Part shown: positions 46,096-52,625 of the stretch, piece by piece
Layout: each line of letters starts with the position of its first letter
How positions within the stretch are numbered: position 1 is the first letter of the stretch
NCBI GenBank assembly: GCA_007132725.1
Contig: SLOD01000084.1
Coordinates: 1-52,625, forward strand
Length of the DNA: 52,625 bases
Direction of reading: 5' to 3'
Origin: Candidatus Sumerlaeota bacterium
Lineage (GTDB): Bacteria > UBP6 > UBA1177
Made by a program: the position numbers and the translations under genes
The notes under the pieces: generated by a model
Database searches by the model: none
What the model saw: the letters and a program-made list of their open reading frames with translations, nothing else
What the model was told of the DNA's origin: nothing

Positions 46096-46653
46096 GTGAA
46101 GAAAAAAACTTTAATTTTGGCAGTTACAATATTTTTTACAGGAATGCTGTCTGCTAAAAGCATGTATGTTCAGCCCAATTTCGGAGTGGGTTTTTCCTAT
46201 AACAGATACAACGCTGTAGGTGTTTCCGGTGGAATGGACATGGTTTGGAAAGTATGGGAACATGATAAAAAAGCTGCAGGAACGATATATGTCGGAGGGA
46301 GTACAGGGCTCAGATACTGGTTTCCGACAAGCAGCCAATGGACATACACGACCCATCATGTTTTTACAATACCTGCTTTAGCCTATGGTTCCTACGAGTT
46401 TAAAGTAAATGCAGGACCATTGAGCCATGTCGGTCCGTTTTTTTCTCCCGGAGTAAGCTTTAACATTTCTCACCGCAGAGCAGACAGTGCGACAAATACA
46501 TACTTTTCTGTTAGGTTTAATCCTTCGTTTGGAGGAATACTGGTATTTAACAGCAACTGGATATTGAAACAAACTTTCAGTTGGGGTGTCAATCCCTATG
46601 GATTGAGCGGGACAGCAGGCGGATTTATAATTGAAGCAGGATACCGGTTCTAA
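46096..46653 (+). CDS. small outer-membrane beta-barrel protein
   Basis: AAGGAGG RBS then GTG, signal peptide, amphipathic aromatic beta strands, C-terminal EAGYRF (BamA-signal-like). Confidence 0.7.
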   Translation: MKKKTLILAVTIFFTGMLSAKSMYVQPNFGVGFSYNRYNAVGVSGGMDMVWKVWEHDKKAAGTIYVGGSTGLRYWFPTSSQWTYTTHHVFTIPALAYGSYEFKVNAGPLSHVGPFFSPGVSFNISHRRADSATNTYFSVRFNPSFGGILVFNSNWILKQTFSWGVNPYGLSGTAGGFIIEAGYRF

Positions 46654-46705
46654 CTTTTTATTAAGTTATATAATGCTTTATGCTGTTTTATGACAAGGGG
46701 AACGT

Positions 46706-48340
46706 ATGAGCTATAAAGTTGTTGCAAGAAAATGGAGACCTCAACGATTCAATGAAGTTGTAGGCCAAAACCATATTACCGAAACTCTTCAGTATGCAAT
46801 AGAGAACGGAAGGGTCGCCCCTGTCTATCTTTTTACCGGAATAAGAGGAACCGGCAAAACAACTCTTGCAAGAATTCTTGTAAAAACCCTTAACTGTCTG
46901 ACCCCTCTTGATGGAACTGAACCGTGCAACGAATGTGAAAACTGCTGTGAGATCATTGAAGGAAAAAGCCCCGATATCATTGAAATTGACGGAGCATCGA
47001 ACAATTCTGTTGATGATGTAAGGAGCATTAAGGAAAATATCTCTTACTCTCCTGTAAAATCAAGATATAAAGTTTACATCATAGACGAAGTTCACATGCT
47101 TTCAAGATCAGCGTTCAATGCTCTTTTAAAAACTCTTGAAGAACCTCCCGACCATACAATTTTTATACTTGCCACCACAGATCCTCAGAAAATACCGACA
47201 ACGGTTCTCAGCCGGTGTCAGAGATATGACCTGAGGAGGCTGACGATAGATGATGTTGTTTCCCAAATGACAAAAATTCTCGAAGCAGAAGGTTTGGAAT
47301 ATGACAATGAAGCCCTTTATACAATAGCAAGAGAAGGCGAAGGGAGCATGAGAGACAGCCAGACAATTCTTGAGCAGCTTATAACTTTCGGGGAAGGAAA
47401 GATTTCTGAAGATGAAACGGCCATGATGCTTGGAGCTTCAGATAAAACCCAACTTAGAAAGATAATAGAGGCAACGGTTCTTGGCGACTCCTCAACAGCT
47501 GTTTCGATCGTTGAGGAAATATACAAAAACGGCAAGTCCATAGAGAAAGCTGCAAGAGATATCCTTGTTCTTCTGCACCATATTCTGCTTTACAGTGAGT
47601 TGAAAAACCACAGCTATCTTCAAGTTCCCGATGAAGAGAAAAAGTGGATAGAAGAGTGTTCTAAAAAAGGCTCTGTTTCTGACTGGATAAGATTTTATCG
47701 GTTTTGGAACGATGAATATGAGAAGATAAAAACAACAGATTTTTCTTTAATGATATTTCAGACCGCTATAATAGCTGCGGCAAATTTTCCCAAAATGGCA
47801 GATTTCAAGTCATTTATAAAAAACTTTACCGATGCTGTTGAAAACAGAGAGAGTATAAGTGCAACAGAAACAGAAGTAGAAACAAGAGCAGACCCTGTGA
47901 AACAAAACAACAAAGAAGAATCTCCAAAACTGTTTAGCGAGGAGACTCATGAATCAACTCCAACGGTTAAATACTCATGGAAAGGATTTTCCGATTATTT
48001 ACAGGAAAAAGACACTTTTTTATATGGAGCTTTAAATTCTGTCCCTTATTTTGAAGATGATTTTCGTATAGCCGTAACGGTTAACCTGAATATGGAAATG
48101 GCAAAAAAAGATCTGGTAGAAAATCTTAAAAAAAGGTTTTCAGAATACTTTAATGGAAGAAAAGAATTGGAGATCAGATATGAAAAATCTGACGATTCCT
48201 CTTTAAACGATGAGCAGGAAAAAGAAAGAAAGCATTATATTGAAAACAAAAAACAGGAAATTACAGAAAGTGATGCAGCAAAGGCAGCAAAACAACTAGG
48301 TTTTGAACTGAAAAAAATAGATGTTGAAGAAAAAAAATAG
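46706..48340 (+). CDS. dnaX: DNA polymerase III subunit gamma/tau
   Basis: MSYKVVARKWRPQRF, GIRGTGKTT, Zn motif, EIDGASN, IIDEVHMLS, LLKTLEEPP, SRC, GSMRD. Confidence 0.97.
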   Translation: MSYKVVARKWRPQRFNEVVGQNHITETLQYAIENGRVAPVYLFTGIRGTGKTTLARILVKTLNCLTPLDGTEPCNECENCCEIIEGKSPDIIEIDGASNNSVDDVRSIKENISYSPVKSRYKVYIIDEVHMLSRSAFNALLKTLEEPPDHTIFILATTDPQKIPTTVLSRCQRYDLRRLTIDDVVSQMTKILEAEGLEYDNEALYTIAREGEGSMRDSQTILEQLITFGEGKISEDETAMMLGASDKTQLRKIIEATVLGDSSTAVSIVEEIYKNGKSIEKAARDILVLLHHILLYSELKNHSYLQVPDEEKKWIEECSKKGSVSDWIRFYRFWNDEYEKIKTTDFSLMIFQTAIIAAANFPKMADFKSFIKNFTDAVENRESISATETEVETRADPVKQNNKEESPKLFSEETHESTPTVKYSWKGFSDYLQEKDTFLYGALNSVPYFEDDFRIAVTVNLNMEMAKKDLVENLKKRFSEYFNGRKELEIRYEKSDDSSLNDEQEKERKHYIENKKQEITESDAAKAAKQLGFELKKIDVEEKK

Positions 48341-50456
48341 GGTGGCGGGATCGGTTACCGCTTTAATATTTTTCCTTGTGTTTTTTGTATGGGGAACAAG
48401 GGGGAAGCCTTGGAATGTTCTGACGGCTTTTTATCCCCGCTTTCATATTACTTTACTGATAACACTGTTTGTCTGCTTGTTCCTATCTCTACTTTTTGAC
48501 AAAAATGTTCTGAAAGTATTTGAATTTTTTGTGAAGCACAGGTACAAAATATTTCCTGTTACAGGGTTTGTGTTGTGTGCTCTTATTTCAGTTTTTGTGT
48601 TTGATTCCATTCCTCATGTCATAGATGCGGCACACTTTTTGTGGACAGCAAGGGTTTTTATTCAGACAGGCAGGTTTCATCTGCCAGCCAGTGAGCTTTA
48701 TGAGTATTATCATAACACATTTAATGTTATGATAGACGGACGCTACCTTTCACTTTTTCTTCCGGGATTTTCCATATTTCTTGTTCCTTTTGAGCTTCTT
48801 GGGCTGTCACACTTGTTCACTCCGCTCTGTAATGGTGTTTCCGTTTATTTTTTAGGAAAGATAGCTGACAGGCATTCTGATGAAAGAACCTCTTTTTTTG
48901 CTATGTTTTTCGGTGTTTTTTCTTCTTTTTATCTTTTTATGGGAGCATCTTTTATGTCCCATACCTTCAATTTAATGCTCACACTTTTTTCAATATACCT
49001 GATTTTTAACCGGGGATCTGTAAAAGCTGTTTTTCTGGCAGGAGCAACGGCTTCGATACTTCTTTTTATTCGTCCTCAAAATGCAGTCTTTTTTTATGGA
49101 GCGGCTATCGTTTTCATGTTTTTTCAGAAAAAGGGGATAAAACATATGATTTTTTTCACCATCCCTTTTATTATGACAGGAATAATACTTATGTTCTACA
49201 ATACATACTATACCGGTCATCCGACAGTCTTTCCGCAAGATATTTACTTTCTGATAAGAGAGCCGCATCCCTATTGTCACAGACTCGGCTTTGGTACCGG
49301 ATGTCCAAATACTGAAGGTTACTATCTGCCCAAAGAAGGGTTGACCCCGATTTATGCATTCTGGATAGCTTTTACCAGAATAAATTTAATGAATTTTAAT
49401 TTATCGGGACACCCTTTGATCTATATTTTCCTGATAGCCGCATTTATATTTTCTTTTAGAAAAAACTTTATGATTTCCTTATTTTTTATATTTTTCTTTG
49501 TCGGTTATTACATGTTTTATCTTCCAGGAAATCTTTTCGGACCAAGATATTTTGCAGAAGTGGCTTCTTTGCTTTTGATACCTATCGGTTATGGGTTTTT
49601 TAAAGTAATGGACATTGGAAACAAATTTTTTAAAGGGGTTGTCGCTTCGATTCCGATAGCTGTTGCCGCCTTTTTGATGACTACGATCATGCCTATCTTA
49701 ATTCCTCAATATTCAGATGCTTTTTGGGATACAGACAGAAGCATAGAGCGGGCTATAGAAGAGAAAGGAATAAAAAACAGCATTCTTTTTGTTCCTAAAT
49801 ATTATCCGAGCGTTTTTCTCAATTTAATGGATAAACCACCGTATGACAGACATGGGAATCTGATTCTTCTTGACCTTGATGATGAAAATGAATATGCAGC
49901 CGCATATTTTATGGAAAACGGTGACTTTGAGGATGTTTTTGTTATTGATTATTATCAGAGGCTTGACTATAAAGTTGTTGTCAGTCCGCTTCACAGGATT
50001 GAAAGACATGATATCTGGTTTGAATTTGAAAACAAAAGGCTCCCTTTGACAGGTCTTCCTGATTACGGGGTAAACTTTGCAGATCAAGAGGTGGAAGACA
50101 AAAAGTTCTATCCGGTAAAACAACTTAAAGTTGCCGCCTCAAGGGGAAGTGTCTATGCGATGAGATTTGATGAACTGCATGATAGAAGCTATTATGATTT
50201 CAGTCATCCTATACTTGAGCCGGGAGTTTATTTTGTCACGCTTCATTATGTTGCAGATCACTGCGGGGCAGACTTTGAGTTCAAAGTCAATGGTCAGGTT
50301 GCAGGAGTTTTCAGCTCTCACTCAGAAAATCAGGTCAGGACAGGATTTACATTCACCAGTTCTTTTGAAAAAGGGGTTGCCGAGTTTGTAGTTACTCCGC
50401 TTAAGGAAAACTCCTGTCTAATGCTTGATTCATTTTCTATGAAGTTTTTATACTGA
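48321..50456 (+). CDS. GT-C fold (family 39/83-like) membrane glycosyltransferase with C-terminal CBM-like domain
   Basis: Many TMs, PHVID..F..A, PGF, SFMSH, IRPQ, YN..YTG.P, GPRYF, C-terminal beta-sandwich (PGVYFVTLHY...FKVNG). Confidence 0.7.
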   Translation: MLKKKNRVAGSVTALIFFLVFFVWGTRGKPWNVLTAFYPRFHITLLITLFVCLFLSLLFDKNVLKVFEFFVKHRYKIFPVTGFVLCALISVFVFDSIPHVIDAAHFLWTARVFIQTGRFHLPASELYEYYHNTFNVMIDGRYLSLFLPGFSIFLVPFELLGLSHLFTPLCNGVSVYFLGKIADRHSDERTSFFAMFFGVFSSFYLFMGASFMSHTFNLMLTLFSIYLIFNRGSVKAVFLAGATASILLFIRPQNAVFFYGAAIVFMFFQKKGIKHMIFFTIPFIMTGIILMFYNTYYTGHPTVFPQDIYFLIREPHPYCHRLGFGTGCPNTEGYYLPKEGLTPIYAFWIAFTRINLMNFNLSGHPLIYIFLIAAFIFSFRKNFMISLFFIFFFVGYYMFYLPGNLFGPRYFAEVASLLLIPIGYGFFKVMDIGNKFFKGVVASIPIAVAAFLMTTIMPILIPQYSDAFWDTDRSIERAIEEKGIKNSILFVPKYYPSVFLNLMDKPPYDRHGNLILLDLDDENEYAAAYFMENGDFEDVFVIDYYQRLDYKVVVSPLHRIERHDIWFEFENKRLPLTGLPDYGVNFADQEVEDKKFYPVKQLKVAASRGSVYAMRFDELHDRSYYDFSHPILEPGVYFVTLHYVADHCGADFEFKVNGQVAGVFSSHSENQVRTGFTFTSSFEKGVAEFVVTPLKENSCLMLDSFSMKFLY

Positions 50457-50459
50457 AGA

Positions 50460-51476
50460 TCACTCATAAACATGAAAAACCGGCAAAGCTTCATAGCACG
50501 GTCTGCAAAGTGCCGCAGGAAGTCCTGTGTTTCTCCTTGTTCTTCCCGCAACAGCTTTAAAAACATCTCCGCTGTTATCTTCATCACATTGAATGCAGTC
50601 ATTAAGAGATCCGTCAGGTTTGTGGTAAGGGTCGTCCCTAGCCGTAATACAAGCCCACCAGCATTTACTGCCAGTATGGTCAGTATTGTAATACCATATC
50701 TGGGCACAAGGATAGTCAAAGCCGAGCTTCATTAGACATTCAATGTTTTTTTCTTCACTGCCTCCTATTAAATTGTCAAGACCACATTGTCTGACAGGTC
50801 CGGTAAGATCTCCCACAAGGATATATACCGCAAGATTGTTAAGAGGCGAACACAATCCGCATGCTCCGTAATGGGTTAAAATTGCACCATCTGCCTCAAG
50901 CTCTTCGAGTGTATCGTAAGTTGCAAGTGAATAGTATTCAGGGTCATCACTGTCAAGGATAACTCCGCATACTTTATCGTGTTGCGGAACATTTTCCTGA
51001 GGTTTATCATAAGGATCTGAAGTTAACGGATCCGGAGGATTTTTCAATATTTTCCCTGAAAATTTATCTACCATTTCTTTTGTATAAACAGGTGGTTCAA
51101 AGTATTTTCCTTCACAATTACACAAAGGTTGACACATATCAGGTCCCAAGCCTGTATTTTCACTCGGTCTTCCAAAAAGCACAGTGCATGGTTCGTCGCT
51201 TGGAGTAAAACTATCATCAGGAGTTTCAAAGGCATCGTTTTCTTCAAAATTATCAGTTGTTTCTTCATTGTTCTCATCCGGTATTTCTGCCGGATCATCG
51301 TTTTTCTCATCAGCTGTTTCAAAACCGCTTTCATCTGATCTTTCAACAATAGTTTCATCCGGTTTTTGATCATTTTTGTTTTCTGTATCGGGCAAAACTG
51401 ATTCGTTGTTGCACCCCGAAACCAACAAAGAAAAAATAAAAACTGCAACAATAATTAAATTGAAAAGATTTTTCAT
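50460..51476 (-). CDS. Cys-rich hypothetical lipoprotein
   Basis: GGGGGAGGT RBS, lipobox LVSGC, D/E-rich linker, 16 further Cys with THYGACGLCS, CAQIWYYN, CIQCDE..SG..FK..AGRTRR motifs. Confidence 0.8.
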   Translation of the reverse strand: MKNLFNLIIVAVFIFSLLVSGCNNESVLPDTENKNDQKPDETIVERSDESGFETADEKNDDPAEIPDENNEETTDNFEENDAFETPDDSFTPSDEPCTVLFGRPSENTGLGPDMCQPLCNCEGKYFEPPVYTKEMVDKFSGKILKNPPDPLTSDPYDKPQENVPQHDKVCGVILDSDDPEYYSLATYDTLEELEADGAILTHYGACGLCSPLNNLAVYILVGDLTGPVRQCGLDNLIGGSEEKNIECLMKLGFDYPCAQIWYYNTDHTGSKCWWACITARDDPYHKPDGSLNDCIQCDEDNSGDVFKAVAGRTRRNTGLPAALCRPCYEALPVFHVYE

Positions 51477-51697
51477 CTTAACCTCCCCCAATAATCTCCA
51501 CCTTTATACTGAAAGTTAACAAAAAATCAAAGTTGAAAAGATTTTTTATTACACAAGATTTGGAAAATATACTTAACTTACTGTCCGGAAAAACCGGAGG
51601 GGGTCACAGAGAGGTTGCAAAACGGACAACACAGCGAATTTGCATTAAATCGATAATCTGTTAAAATCAGAAAGAACTTTTGAATAAAAGGTAATAG

Positions 51698-52625
51698 ATG
51701 AAACTGCTGATATTCATATTTACCATACTGATTTCCTGTACTGCATGTAATTCCAATAGTCAGAACCCCGATTCACCTGATTCAGACCCCGATTCACCTG
51801 ATTTAGACCATGATTCACATGATTTGCATGATTTGGATAAAGACACGGAAACGGTTGATGAGGAGCCTGATGAAGTACCCGATGAAACAGGGGAAGATGT
51901 ATTGAACTGTATTCCCGTTCCCGAAACAGGAGATGAACTCTGTTTCGGGGTGAGGGCGACAGGGGAGACCTGTTCACTTCCCGGAGATGGTATTTTCTTT
52001 ACGGATCATCTGATAGCTCAGAATGTGCCCGGCTATTATCTTCAAAGTCCTGTTGGAGTTAGTGATAGTTATTATTTTTATGTGCGTTCTTTTTCCGACC
52101 CCGGATCACACAGGATAATTTACCGTTGCAGCCGTAAAACAGGAAGGGAGGAGATAATTGTAGAAAACGATCCATCTATGGGAGATGATGGTTATTTAAG
52201 GACATTTGATGTTGAAGGAAAGTATATTGCATTTTCCTATCACTCCCTTCTTTTCCACGGTTCCCGTGATCAGACCTGTTACCTGGGTATAATGGACGGG
52301 GACTGGGAGCTGAAGCGGATAGCCGGATTTGAGAGTGACTGCTATGAACCGCAGATAAGGTGGCCTTTTGTCGCATACAGGAACCGCACCACGGGCTGGA
52401 TATTCATTTATGATATCCGTACCGGGGAGACCCGGATGCTTGAAGGGTTCAAAGCAAGCTATCACCATATTGATCAAGCCGGAAAAAAGATGTACATCAA
52501 TGCGGTTCCCGGTGACAGTGATGAATTTGTGGATCATTATCTGGGTAAAGGTCCTTTCCGTCCTGTCAAGACATTTAAAAACCTTACCAAGCGGTTCATC
52601 GTCGAGACATTAATTTTCTTACTAT
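51698..52625 (+). CDS. hypothetical lipoprotein with acidic repeat linker and beta-propeller-like domain (open to the window end)
   Basis: Not in the ORF track because no stop occurs before the window end. ATG at 51698 gives MKLLIFIFTILISCTACNSNSQNPDSPDSDPDSPDLDHDSHDLHDLDKD...; visibly more GC-rich than its neighbours. Confidence 0.75.
   Translation, partial: MKLLIFIFTILISCTACNSNSQNPDSPDSDPDSPDLDHDSHDLHDLDKDTETVDEEPDEVPDETGEDVLNCIPVPETGDELCFGVRATGETCSLPGDGIFFTDHLIAQNVPGYYLQSPVGVSDSYYFYVRSFSDPGSHRIIYRCSRKTGREEIIVENDPSMGDDGYLRTFDVEGKYIAFSYHSLLFHGSRDQTCYLGIMDGDWELKRIAGFESDCYEPQIRWPFVAYRNRTTGWIFIYDIRTGETRMLEGFKASYHHIDQAGKKMYINAVPGDSDEFVDHYLGKGPFRPVKTFKNLTKRFIVETLIFLL
51764..51835 (+). repeat. 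coding tandem repeat (about 3 x 21 bp) encoding NPDSPDS/DPDSPDL/DHDSHDL
   Basis: AACCCCGATTCACCTGATTCA / GACCCCGATTCACCTGATTTA / GACCATGATTCACATGATTTG, plus a partial CATGATTTG. Confidence 0.85.
52564..52625. mobile_element. possible IS terminal repeat (IS21-like architecture) at the window edge
   Basis: Starts TGTCAAGACATTTAAAAACCTTACCA, with an imperfect direct copy GTCGAGACATTAATTTTCTTACTA 36 bp later. GC drops here. No transposase is visible. Confidence 0.3.

Noticed and set aside
46654-46705. SRP RNA (ffs) or tRNA upstream of dnaX
   Set aside because: The gap is only 52 bp, AT-rich, and lacks the SRP helix-8 motif or a cloverleaf.
48101-48135. dnaX programmed -1 frameshift or slippage site (GCA AAA AAA GAT; A7 runs)
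   Set aside because: It is not the A_AAA_AAG heptamer, there is no clear upstream SD or downstream hairpin, and A7 runs are common throughout this AT-rich window.
51590-51650. Structured ncRNA or riboswitch (TCCGG-AAAAA-CCGGA hairpin region)
   Set aside because: Only short stems, with no recognisable riboswitch, ribozyme or tmRNA consensus.
51764-51835. CRISPR-like array
   Set aside because: The units are contiguous, have no unique spacers, are in frame within a CDS, and no cas genes are present.
1-52625. Alternative genetic code or selenocysteine recoding, and the many short overlapping ORFs in the track
   Set aside because: Conserved genes are full length under the standard code with TAA, TAG and TGA all used as stops, MsrA and Bcp use Cys codons, and the short ORFs are antisense or out-of-frame shadows of well-supported genes.

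Overview
AT-rich (roughly 35-37% GC by eye) chromosomal window from a diderm bacterium with deltaproteobacterial/Myxococcota-like markers: a group-1 MglA GTPase, a DUF4388 protein, folP-cdaA-cdaR-glmM-acpS and myxobacterial-style Cys-rich lipoproteins. It very likely spans the replication origin: mnmE-mnmG-rsmG with a perfect parS palindrome, then dnaA-[oriC]-dnaN-recF. The origin region is rearranged. rpmH/rnpA/yidC, parAB and gyrBA are absent, and dnaA is the last gene of a purE-tsaC-methyltransferase-ABC-F operon. The oriC candidate has no canonical TTATCCACA box. It has a repeated variant, T(T/A)(A/T)TCAACA, plus a DnaA-trio-like tract, and the DnaA recognition helix is altered (RDHTTVLH to RNHATVIS). 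The rest is housekeeping genes (msrA, bcp, lysC, lysA, purB, sppA, cca, dnaX, a LonC-type protease) interleaved with acidic-linker lipoproteins and two atypical GT-C glycosyltransferases. Best candidates for undescribed biology: (i) co-varied DnaA/DnaA-box specificity; (ii) a coupled TPR/Cys6-finger membrane protein plus DUF4388-MshEN-like-TM-pilin-like protein; (iii) a mirror-symmetric mglA/purB divergent promoter bounded by a 16-bp inverted repeat; (iv) a 4-Cys module shared by unrelated lipoproteins. No tRNA, rRNA, CRISPR or transposase gene was recognised. A possible IS end sits at the right edge. All calls come from reading motifs by eye; no database searches were run.
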